Made by a program: the position numbers and the translations under genes. This document shows, one piece after another, positions 12,868 to 22,596 of a stretch of 61,887 nt of DNA. Under the pieces are notes generated by a model, which was not told the DNA's origin, did no database searches, and saw only the letters and a program-made list of their open reading frames with translations. This DNA is from Cyanophyceae cyanobacterium (GTDB lineage: Bacteria; Cyanobacteriota; Cyanobacteriia; Cyanobacteriales; JAAUUE01), in contig JBBQFK010000002.1 in the NCBI GenBank assembly GCA_038321825.1, positions 1 to 61,887 on the forward strand. Direction: 5' to 3'. Each line of letters begins with the position of its first letter. The stretch's first letter is position 1.

Positions 12868-13416
12868 ATGGCAAAGTTAATCCGTGGTCGCATTTTTGTA
12901 GTTGATGACAATATTGATACTGATCAGATTATTCCGGCAGAATACTTGACCCTTGTGCCGTCAAAGCCTGATGAATACGAGAAATTGGGTAGCTACGCTA
13001 TGGTTGGTCTGCCCGATCGCTACGGCAAATTTATGGCTGAGGGAGAAATAAAAACCCAGTACTCAATTATTATCGCTGGGGAAAACTTCGGCTGTGGTTC
13101 CTCTAGAGAACACGCACCCATTGCCCTTGGGGCATCAGGAGTAGAGATTGTTGTCGCTCTTTCCTACGCGCGAATTTTCTTCCGTAACTGCTCCGCTACG
13201 GGGGAATTGTATCCTTGGGAATCTATCGATCGACTCTGTGAAATTTTTCAAACCGGACAAGATGTCTCGATCGATTTTGACAACAACACGATCATTAACC
13301 ACACCCTAGACAAAACCTATCCCCTCAAACCCCTTGGAGAAATTCAGCCCGTAATTGATGCTGGCGGAATTTTTGCCTATGCTCGACAAACTGGTATGAT
13401 CAAAGCTGCGATCTAA
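12868..13416 (+). CDS. leuD: 3-isopropylmalate dehydratase small subunit-like (LeuD/aconitase swivel domain)
   Basis: 182 aa with DNIDTDQIIPAEYL and GENFGCGSSREHA motifs. No adjacent large-subunit gene. Confidence 0.75.
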   Translation: MAKLIRGRIFVVDDNIDTDQIIPAEYLTLVPSKPDEYEKLGSYAMVGLPDRYGKFMAEGEIKTQYSIIIAGENFGCGSSREHAPIALGASGVEIVVALSYARIFFRNCSATGELYPWESIDRLCEIFQTGQDVSIDFDNNTIINHTLDKTYPLKPLGEIQPVIDAGGIFAYARQTGMIKAAI

Positions 13417-13536
13417 ATCTTGTGATCTAGTAGAGCAGAGGACGTAAAGCCTTACGCCCCTAAAGATTGGAGTGTACAATTGGTATCAATGTCTTTGAGA
13501 AAATCCTAGAGAATAGAACACTACCCTAAGAACACT

Positions 13537-13869
13537 ATGCTACTTAAGTCTACAACCCGCCACGTACATATTTTTACCGCCGAAGTCAAAGAGGGTGAAC
13601 TCGTCCCTAATGATCAAATTTTGACCCTAGATATTGACCCTGATAATGAGTTGACTTGGAATGATGGTAGTCTCCAGAAGGTTTACCAAAGATTTGATGC
13701 TCTTGTGGGGGAACACGATGGTGCAGATTTGACTGAATATAATCTCCGCCGCATTGGTTCTGACCTAGAGCATTTCATTCGATCGCTCCTCCAAAATGGC
13801 GAAGTTGGCTACAACCTCAATAGTCGGGTGCAAAACTACAGCATGGGCTTACCCCAAGTTGTGCAATAA
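13537..13869 (+). CDS. ndhM: NAD(P)H-quinone oxidoreductase (NDH-1) subunit M
   Basis: 110 aa. [16 protein letters not shown]...[19 protein letters not shown]...NYSMGLP closely resembles known cyanobacterial NdhM. Confidence 0.93.
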   Translation: MLLKSTTRHVHIFTAEVKEGELVPNDQILTLDIDPDNELTWNDGSLQKVYQRFDALVGEHDGADLTEYNLRRIGSDLEHFIRSLLQNGEVGYNLNSRVQNYSMGLPQVVQ

Positions 13870-13900
13870 TTCGCTTAGGGAAGATAATAGGGAAGATAAA

Positions 13901-14755
13901 TTACTTTGATTTTTCTGATTTACCTTTTTGCCAACTTTGGCTATTTCCCTGCTTATTAATGACCCCCGCTCTCGGAAAGAGTTTGGTTTCGATCGCTTCA
14001 TAGCTGCCTTCAAAATCACACCTGCCTGCCAAGGGACACTGACGACAATAGACCCCTTTACTGTAGCGCTCTAGATTTTCTCGGTTAAAAAAGTAAGGTT
14101 TGTGGCTGAAGGTGCTGGCAACCCACTGCCATGAGAGATTATTACTAGCGGGATCACCATCAAGGAGGTGTTCGAGGAACCATTTTGCCCCTGCTTGCCA
14201 TTTGATCCGACGCCAATGAATAATGTAGGCGGCTAACCACATCCGGCTGTGATTGTGAAGATAGCCTGTATCTCGGAGTTCTTGGCTAAAGCTATCTATG
14301 CACACCATGCCTGTGCTGCCCTGCTGAATTTCTTGGGGTAGGGTGGCGTTGTAATCCTTGGGAAGATAGCCAGTTTTGTATTCTTCTCGATCGACCCAGA
14401 TATCTTCTCCAGCCGTCGTTATTTCCCCATAGAGACGTTGCCAATAGTCCCGCCAGCCCAACTCGGTAATTAATTTCTCTGCCTCGATCGGCTCTGCTAC
14501 CTGCTGCCACACATAATCCCGGACTTCGGCTAGGCTTAATACCCCATGACGTAGATAGGGCGACAAACGAGTGACAGCCCCGGTCAAAAAGTTGCGAGAC
14601 TTGGCATAATGTACCGGATTAATTTTCTTGAGAGCCTGTTCCGCAGCCTTTCTGCCCCCCTTGATTTGGCTGATATGGGTATCAGGAACCTTAGGAAACT
14701 GCTCCTTGAGGTAGGCAACTAATTCTTCTCGGCTTGCAAAATCTCGACGCATCAT
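13901..14755 (-). CDS. Photolyase/cryptochrome FAD-binding domain protein lacking the N-terminal alpha/beta domain
   Basis: 284 aa with GWRDYW, TG..C.D......TGY.HNH.RMW and DGD.ASNN.SWQW blocks of the photolyase helical domain. It has only four Cys: C152 and C237-x2-C240-x5-C246. Confidence 0.8.
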   Translation of the reverse strand: MMRRDFASREELVAYLKEQFPKVPDTHISQIKGGRKAAEQALKKINPVHYAKSRNFLTGAVTRLSPYLRHGVLSLAEVRDYVWQQVAEPIEAEKLITELGWRDYWQRLYGEITTAGEDIWVDREEYKTGYLPKDYNATLPQEIQQGSTGMVCIDSFSQELRDTGYLHNHSRMWLAAYIIHWRRIKWQAGAKWFLEHLLDGDPASNNLSWQWVASTFSHKPYFFNRENLERYSKGVYCRQCPLAGRCDFEGSYEAIETKLFPRAGVINKQGNSQSWQKGKSEKSK

Positions 14756-14836
14756 AATTTTTGACGGGTGGGGCAGATTTTAAGTTTGATTCTGTGGGCT
14801 ATTTTGGGGACTATGCTGGGGTTAGGTGCAGAAAGG

Positions 14837-15283
14837 CTATAAACAGGGTTGAAATTCTGCCCAACGGCGGCGGACTTGTCGATCGCACTCTGGGGGAGAA
14901 ATTTTTAAATCCCGTAACAGATTGATTTCCGGGCGATTATTAGCAATTAATAGTACTATTATATCCTGCTGCGGATCGTAGTTATCAACAACAAATAGTA
15001 ATTGCTCGATCGATTCTGGATCAAAATCGTATTCCTGCATCTGACTAGGCAACTCATTTTTGCCAATGAATCGGGAATTAAATTGACTATTAGTTAACCT
15101 AAAATCTTCCCAACTATTACCCATTTTCCCAGCATTTAAGTCTACATGAAGACTCACAATTCCCCGCCCCGACTCCATAAATCCTTGCCAAGCATAGTAA
15201 CCAATAACTAGCATATTCTCATGAATAAAATCCTGTTGCCAGTAGCCAAAGTTTCCCTGCCATTCACTATTTCTCGATCGCAT
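14837..15283 (-). CDS. Hypothetical protein
   Basis: 148-aa ORF between DUF1636 and the photolyase-like gene on the same strand. No family recognised. Confidence 0.55.
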   Translation of the reverse strand: MRSRNSEWQGNFGYWQQDFIHENMLVIGYYAWQGFMESGRGIVSLHVDLNAGKMGNSWEDFRLTNSQFNSRFIGKNELPSQMQEYDFDPESIEQLLFVVDNYDPQQDIIVLLIANNRPEINLLRDLKISPPECDRQVRRRWAEFQPCL

Positions 15284-15388
15284 TATTTTTAACCTCTAAT
15301 TTATGCAATTTCTATTTACCTGACATTTGCAAATAAATATTTATAGTTTGATTTATAGTTTGATTTACAGTTTGTGATGCTCAGATAA

Positions 15389-15455
15389 GTAGGGTGGGCC
15401 ATGACCACCTTACCCCTATCAATAGCGGAGGTCAGCTTGTTTTGCGTAAGTCCTG
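15389..15455. repeat. Dispersed short repeat, family 2 copy
   Basis: Contains GTAGGGTGG-n7-CCACCTTAC, CAATAGC and TTTTGCGTAAGTCCTGT motifs. It directly abuts the stop codon of the DUF1636 gene. Confidence 0.55.
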
Positions 15456-15866
15456 TTATAGTTTGCGATGCTCAGGAGTAGGAAAAGAAGGAATACGAGC
15501 CATGACTTTATTTTTTAATAGCTCTGGTCTTTCTTTGTAGGAAAGCAATCCTTGGGGATTTTCGTAATACTGCCCTGCACACTCTAAAACCGTGGTAGCA
15601 GTTATTTCGATCTGGGTTTCATCTACAGGTAAATTACCAAAAAGATAGGTAAGTTTATTGCTACCCATGAAGGCGATCGCACAGGCTTGACTACAGGTAC
15701 TCAGACATTGCACTGGCTCGATCGAAAACTCTGAAGCTAGTTCCCATGCTTGAGCAGAAATTTGCATCTGTTGCATTAACCTTTCGCCCCCACTTTCCCC
15801 AACTTTTTTACCGTCTTGATACTTACTGGCACAGGTGGTACAAACAAACAAAATGTGTTCTGACAT
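15456..15866 (-). CDS. DUF1636 (thioredoxin-like metal/Fe-S binding) protein
   Basis: 136 aa. The ILFVCTTC N-terminus and CLSTCSQAC motif are typical of DUF1636, a family often linked to cobalamin genes. Confidence 0.75.
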   Translation of the reverse strand: MSEHILFVCTTCASKYQDGKKVGESGGERLMQQMQISAQAWELASEFSIEPVQCLSTCSQACAIAFMGSNKLTYLFGNLPVDETQIEITATTVLECAGQYYENPQGLLSYKERPELLKNKVMARIPSFPTPEHRKL

Positions 15867-16204
15867 GATTTATTTCTTTAGATTATTTTTCTTTTAGGTT
15901 TCTTGTAGGGTTGTGAATATAAAAACTCACAGCAAAGATTGAGACTTTCATTCAAGTCTGGTTTACATAATTTGGGTTGAAAACTAGTTATGCTGGCTGA
16001 GACATTAAGCTGAGAAATTGACTAGATGTTGGTGATAGAAAGATGATTAATAGAAAAGCCCTGTGACTCAATCTCTATCCCCAGAATTTTTGATTTATTA
16101 GATTTTAGAGGAAAGGCTCGATCGAGTTAGCAAAATTATCTAGCAAAATTACTAAAGTCACGAAATTTGGAGTCCAAGCTATAACGCAAAAATGCTGAAT
16201 TAAT

Positions 16205-16430
16205 CATCTGTACCTCGCAGATTGTGAAAATAATAAAACGCACGATTGGCGGGCATCCTGACTAAGAAACCTTAATAATAATCTCCAGAAATCTCCAGAA
16301 AAATCTTTAGAAATCAACTAAAAAGAGTTTCATCACAGTTGCGGGACAGTGCCAGATTAACGCTGGGCTTTCCCCATTACTTCTAGTGGCTGTTCCCCAC
16401 TAAAACCAAAGTGTATGGTTAACTATAACA
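16205..16430 (-). promoter_or_regulatory. Cobalamin (B12) riboswitch
   Basis: The minus strand reads AATGGGGAAAGCCCAGCGTTAATCTGGCACTGTCCCGCAACTGTGATGA (about 16376-16329). This matches the GGGAA...GGTG.AAATCC...CTG.CCCGCAACTGT core. A B12 box AGTCAGGATGCCCGCC follows at 16264-16249. Boundaries are approximate. Confidence 0.75.
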
Positions 16431-16565
16431 TCTTTGCTCTAGTTCTCTTCCAGAAATACTTGATAGTTTTGATAGTTTTTATTTAGCTTTTAGATAGTCC
16501 GATCACAATTTTTGTGATAATTAACCAGCTATCATGACCATGAGACTATTATCCTAAAACCTTCT

Positions 16566-18452
16566 ATGATTGCCACTTCTACCCCTACCCAAACTGCTCC
16601 CCAAATCCCTGCTCCACATCCCCTTGATCCCCTCAGTGCCGCAGAGATTAACCTTGCTACCTCGATCGCCCGCCGCCAGCTTCAACTCCCACCCCGCTAT
16701 CGGTTTCCCGTAGTTGCTCTAAAAGAACCCAGTAAAGCTGTAGTTGCCACCTACCAAAATGGTATAGAAATTGGTGCGGAAATTCTCCGGGAAGTTGATC
16801 TGACAATGCTGGATAACGCTACGGGGAAAACCTACGAGGCGACGGTATCTCTCAATCACGAAACCCTCTACGCTCATCGAGAAATTCCCCATGTCCAACC
16901 CCGCTTAACTGCCGATGAGGTGATGGAGTGTGAGGCAGCGGTGAAAGCTAGCCCAGAATTTCAGGCAGCTCTGGCAAAACGGGGAATTACAAACTTAGAT
17001 TTGGTGATGATTGATCCCTGGGCGATCGGCCACTACGGTTTCCCGGAAGAAGAAGGTTTACGTCTATCAAAGGGGCTGTGTTGGTTGCGATCGAGTCCCC
17101 GTGACAATGCTTATGCTCACCCGATCGATGGTCTGATCCCCGTGGTGGATTTAAACACGATGCAAGTCCTGAGAGTTGAAGATTTGGGGATTGTCCCCGT
17201 TCCCCCAGAGGATGGCAACTACGCTGCGGAATTTATGCCAGAATTGCGGCAGGATATTAAACCCCTAGAAATTAAACAACCAGAGGGTGTGAGTTTCACG
17301 GTGCAGGGCTACCAGGTTAGCTGGCAAAATTGGCAATTACGGATCGGCTGGACTCCCAGAGAAGGGGTAGTTTTGTATACCATTGGTTACGAAGATCAGG
17401 GTAAGTTGCGCCCCATCATTTACCGGGCTTCCCTCGCAGAAATGGTCGTTCCCTACGGCGATCCCCGGCAGCAACATTTCCGCAAAAATGCCTTTGATGT
17501 GGGAGAACACGGAGTTGGCTCCCTAGCAAATTCCCTGACCCTAGGTTGTGATTGCTTGGGAGAAATTTTTTACTTTGATATGGCCATTCCCAATAGTTAT
17601 GGGGAAGCAGAGGTAATAAAAAATGCGGTGTGTATGCACGAAGAAGATTACGGCATTCTCTGGCAATACCAAAACCCCCAGACGGGCAAGCGGGAAACAA
17701 GGCGATCGAGGCGCTTAGTCATCTCCTTTGTCGCCACGGTGGATAATTACGAATACGGCTTTTTTTGGTATTTCTATCAAGATGGCAGTATCCAGTACGA
17801 AGTGAAATTAACCGGGATTCTCCTCTGTGGAGCCTTGGCAGATACTGCCGATTACGGTACATTAGTCGCCCCAGAACTGAATGCCATTAATCATCAGCAC
17901 TTTTTTTGTATGCGCCTTGATATGCAGATTGATGGCGATCGCAACTCTATCTCCGAAGTCAACACCCAAGCCTCGGTTACACAGGTAGAATTATTCAAAA
18001 CCGAACAGGAAGCCCAAAGATTAATTGATCCCCTTGTTGGCAGATATTGGCAGGTGGTCAACCCCCATGTTTTGAATAGTTGGGGACAGCCGGTGGGCTA
18101 CAAACTCGTGACCGGGGAAAATATTCTGCCCTTTGCTCAAGATGATGCGAGTATTCTCGATCGAGCCAAATTCATGACTAAGCATCTCTGGGTGACACCC
18201 TACGACCAAAATGAAAGGTATCCCACCGGAGAATATCCCAACCAGCATCCGGGGGGCGAGGGCTTACCCCAATGGACTCAGGCAAATCGCAGTATTGAAG
18301 ATACAAATATTGTCGTCTGGTATAACTTTGGACACCACCATATCCCCCGTCCCGAAGATTGGTCAGTCATGCCCACTGCCTACATTGGTTTTAAGCTCCT
18401 GCCCGTAGGTTTCTTTGATCGGAATCCAGCTATCGACCTCCCTGCTCCTTAA
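16566..18452 (+). CDS. Copper-containing primary amine oxidase (TPQ cofactor)
   Basis: 628 aa with the TPQ precursor motif VDNYEYGFFW, the Cu-ligand region NFGHHHIPRPEDW, and N-terminal N2/N3-type domains. Confidence 0.9.
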   Translation: MIATSTPTQTAPQIPAPHPLDPLSAAEINLATSIARRQLQLPPRYRFPVVALKEPSKAVVATYQNGIEIGAEILREVDLTMLDNATGKTYEATVSLNHETLYAHREIPHVQPRLTADEVMECEAAVKASPEFQAALAKRGITNLDLVMIDPWAIGHYGFPEEEGLRLSKGLCWLRSSPRDNAYAHPIDGLIPVVDLNTMQVLRVEDLGIVPVPPEDGNYAAEFMPELRQDIKPLEIKQPEGVSFTVQGYQVSWQNWQLRIGWTPREGVVLYTIGYEDQGKLRPIIYRASLAEMVVPYGDPRQQHFRKNAFDVGEHGVGSLANSLTLGCDCLGEIFYFDMAIPNSYGEAEVIKNAVCMHEEDYGILWQYQNPQTGKRETRRSRRLVISFVATVDNYEYGFFWYFYQDGSIQYEVKLTGILLCGALADTADYGTLVAPELNAINHQHFFCMRLDMQIDGDRNSISEVNTQASVTQVELFKTEQEAQRLIDPLVGRYWQVVNPHVLNSWGQPVGYKLVTGENILPFAQDDASILDRAKFMTKHLWVTPYDQNERYPTGEYPNQHPGGEGLPQWTQANRSIEDTNIVVWYNFGHHHIPRPEDWSVMPTAYIGFKLLPVGFFDRNPAIDLPAP

Positions 18453-18508
18453 GCTTAAATCCCTTGGGTGCAAGCCTTGCGCCCCTACCTCCATAACCGG
18501 ACTTGATA
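18453..18508. repeat. MITE-like repeat, family 1, left-truncated copy
   Basis: GCTTAAATCCCTTGGGTGCAAGCCTTGCGCCCCTACCTCCATAACCGGACTTGATA aligns with 33198-33280 and 51958-52050. Confidence 0.75.
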
Positions 18509-18521
18509 CAAAGAAATAGAA

Positions 18522-18566
18522 GGAAAATACAAAAACTCCGTCAGCAGTTCAGACCTAGACGGAGTT
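18522..18566 (-). terminator. Rho-independent terminator downstream of petF
   Basis: 9-bp stem AACTCCGTC/GACGGAGTT (18534-18542 / 18558-18566). On the minus strand it is followed by TTTGTATTTTCC, about 100 nt after the petF stop. Confidence 0.7.
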
Positions 18567-18662
18567 ACTTAGTTTATAGTCTCAGATTAAATTCTTGCGG
18601 GAACTCTAGTTTGAATTCTTGCTAGAACTTTTACTTAAACTTTTCTTTGAACTAACTTGAAT

Positions 18663-18998
<336 letters not shown>

Positions 18999-19183
18999 TT
19001 AAATATTTTCCCGCAAAAGATTATGATCTCTAGTTCTTGGCTAGATTAAGGAATTAGAGCTATTTCCTTTGCTTCATTTCTGATACTAAGGTAAAAGGAT
19101 TGACAATCCTAGCAGGATTAGGAATGAAATTTTTAATCTGAGATTAGATTAGTTCTACTTATGGCTCCTTGGGGATTTTTAGC

Positions 19184-22100
19184 CTAGAGAATGAAGGGAC
19201 GGGGTTTGCCGATCGCATAGCCTTGGGCATAGTCAACGCCAATTTGTTGGAGTTTCTTAAAAATTAAGGGACTTTCGACAAACTCCGCAATGGTTTTCAT
19301 CCCCATTACCTTGCCCACTCGGTGAATTGCTTCGACAATCTCGTAGGCGATCGCATCTTCCCCAATCTCCCGCACAAACGCCCCATCAATTTTGAGATAG
19401 TCCACAGGTAAATTCTTCAGGTAGGTAAAAGAAGACATACCGCTGCCAAAATCATCGAGGGCAAAGGAGCAGCCCAGAGCCTTGAGAGAATGGATCAGGT
19501 TCATAGCGGTCTTCAGGTTCGTAATTGCTAGGGTTTCCGTGATTTCAAAGCAAATTAACTGAGGTGATACTTGATAAAGTTCCAATTGCTCGTAGAGAAA
19601 GTCGACAAATTGTTCATCATTGATACTGGCTCCAGAGAGATTAATGGCGTAAAGAGGGGAATGATTGTGGGGAGGATGCTGCCCGTGATTTCTGAGAGGA
19701 TTCCTCAGGGGATTTCTGAGAGAATTTTTGAGAGCTTCCTGCTCTTGGAGATGGCTAAATACTTTCTGAATTACCCATCGATCGATCTGGCTCATCAGGT
19801 CATACCGTTCCGCCGCCGAGATAAAGCTAGTTGGTGCAATTAACTGCCCGGAAGCATCCCGTAACCGGAGGAGAATTTCCCCATGATTATTACTATAAAT
19901 TTGGCTAGACTCACTAGGGGCATTTTTACTAAAATCATCAAAATTACTGAGATCACCAGAATCACCAAAACCATTAAGATTACTACTAGAATTACCAAAA
20001 TTACTAGCAGATTGGTTTACTGGAACAATAGTTTGGTAATACAGACAGAAGCGATTCTCGGCTAGGGCTTGGGGAATCTGCACTGCCCAACGCATTTCGC
20101 CCCGTTGTTTGATTAGCTCCTGATCATCCGCTTGGTAGACATGGACTCGATTTCGTCCTTGGTTTTTGGCAGCATAACAGGCAGCATCCACCGCACTCAA
20201 GGCACTAGTTAAATCTGGGGTTTCAGCATTGATGGCAACTAAGCCAATACTCACTCCGACTTGAAAGGTTTTATCTTCCCAAACAAAGCGGAACTGCTGG
20301 AGTTGTTTCTGGAGGGAGGCGGCTACCTGTTGGGCGGCGGCAAGGGAAGATTGGTGTAATAAAATTCCAAATTCATCTCCTCCTAAGCGAGCGAGGGTAT
20401 CAGTTGGGCGGAGGCGGTGATCTAGTAAATTACTGACTTGTCTGAGGAGTTCATCTCCAGCCAGATGTCCACAGGTATCATTAACAATCTTGAACTGATC
20501 TAGGTCTAGGTAGCACAGAGCCGATTCTAGACCAGAGGATTTGGTAAAAACAATTTCTTTTTCTAGACGGCTTTCAAATTCTCGACGATTTACTAACCCA
20601 GTGAGGTTGTCGTGGGTAGCTTGCCAAGATAGTTGCCCGGCGAGTTTCTGCTCTTCGGTCACGTCTCGAAAGACCAACACAGCACCGATGATCTCGTTGT
20701 TGCGATTCCGAATTGGGGCGGCGGAATGACTGATAATCCATTCTTTTTGGGTTCGATCGACCAAAATCGCATAATTTGCCAAACTAACAATACACCCCTC
20801 TTGGAAAGCTTTTTGGGCAGGGTTTTGAATCTCTTCCGGGCTAGGGTTCAGGGTACTGAGACTAGTAGTAGTGAGATGAAATACTTCCGAGAGTTGTAGC
20901 CCCCTTGCTTCTACCTCGCTCCAGCCTGTAATTTGCTCGGCAACAGGATTGCAAGATTGGACATAGCCTAGACGATCGACCGTAATCACCCCGTCGGCGA
21001 TCGATTGCAGAGTCACCTGTGCTAGTTCCTGACTCTGGCGTAATTGATACTGAGAAGATTCCAACGCCGCCAACATTAAAGCACTCCGTAATTCCAAGGC
21101 TGCCTCAATTTCCCCTGAGTCCCAAGGCAGGGATTGAAATTTTACTGTTTCTTTCCAGAGAGCAAAGGAATTCCGGGGGCTGAGACGCTGATGATTGAGG
21201 GGATCCACCTCTAGGGACTGGCGGGGATTTCCGGCCCAGTTCACCGTCTGAATCACCTCTGGGCGAAACCAAATTACTTGATAGCTCTTTTGGCTCCGGG
21301 CAATGGAAATAGCTAAAACCCCACTGGCCTCATCTTTATAATCTATAGCTTCTGGATAAAGCTTTGCTAAATGATTGGTATGGAAAATTTCCTCTTGATA
21401 ATTGGTTTCGAGCCACCCCATCAGAGCGTAGATAAACTCTTGGGGGGGAGTTTGTCCCAAAAACAAAAAATTATTTCCGAGGGAAACCACAGCCCCGGTA
21501 GCTTTCACAAGATCGAGGAGTACCTGTTGATCTTTAATTAGGCTATTGGCAAAGTTTTGCTCTTGGGGATTAGTTTGCAGAAGATTATCTAGCACTATCC
21601 GCAGTTTATCTTTGTAGCAAAAGCTCTTTTCCTGTTTTTCTTTGTAGATCAGTTCCACCGACATCACCTGCCCCAAAAATTCACAGGCTTTACGGATATT
21701 GTAGGGAATGTAGCGACGGCTGTAGTGATGGCAAGCAATCAATCCCCAGAGTTGCCGTGTTGCATCAAAGAAATACAAAGGGTAGCTCGGACTCCCATAT
21801 TTTGGAGGTATTCGATGTGAATGGGGGAAACCGCCCGGAGAATAGCCTGACTCAGGTCTAAAGGTTCTTGGGTCAGGGGGTTATTTTGGGGTATAATCTC
21901 CACAGGCGCATACTCCACATCGGCAATTAATCTTGTCCAGGTGGATTTGTAGAGTTCCCTAGCTTGAGCCGGAATATCGGTAGCTGGATAGTGCAGCCCT
22001 AGGAATGGTTCTAAATCTGCTTGTTTATCTTCGGCAATGACGGAGCCATTATTGAGGTGATCAAACTGGTAGACCATGACTCGATCGAACCCAGAAATCC

Positions 22101-22596
22101 GCCGCACTTCTTGGGCAAGAAAATCACACAATTCCTTAAATCCAGTGGCTCCTTGGAGCTTCAGCACCGAAGATCGCACCAAATGATAAAACTCTAAAAA
22201 AGATATCTGTTCCTGATGTACCACAGGCTCAATCTCTAATAACAATAATTCTTCGGAAGCGTGAATAATGCTATCAAAAATGAGAGTCTGTTGATTAATA
22301 TTAATAACTAGCCGCAAGGGATTTATGGTATCTAAATCCTCTAAAACTAGTGATTGCCTTAACTTTTGAATTTGTTGAGCATCTAAAAAGAAATCAAGGT
22401 TCTGATTTATTAATTCTGTTGGCGGAACAAATAAAAAATCTTGAGTATTGTGACTAACTTGAAGGATGGTAAAATCCTGTTTGCTGATTACCAATAGCAT
22501 CCCGTAGGGCTGAATTAGTCCCGGTTTACGGATACATTCTTGGTCGCAGGGGATGGGGCGAGTATTTGGAGAAAAGGCAATTTTTCTATTGATCAT
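19184..22596 (-). pseudogene. Bacteriophytochrome-type photoreceptor (PAS-GAF-PHY-PAS-GGDEF-EAL), interrupted by a 1-nt frameshift
   Basis: ORF 21739-22632 encodes PAS/GAF (C-DQEC-IRKPGLIQPYG, SPIHIEYLQNMGV). ORF 19184-21778 continues in another frame (LWGLIACHH, PHY, PAS, GGDEF, EAL-like EIL). The frames switch near 21763-21771. Confidence 0.85.

Noticed and set aside
18421-18452. The possibility that the C-terminus of the amine oxidase is encoded by the left arm of the truncated MITE copy.
   Set aside because: The terminal residues FFDRNPAIDLP look like a native copper amine oxidase C-terminus. Nucleotide similarity to the MITE left arm is limited to a few bases (AATCC.GCT).
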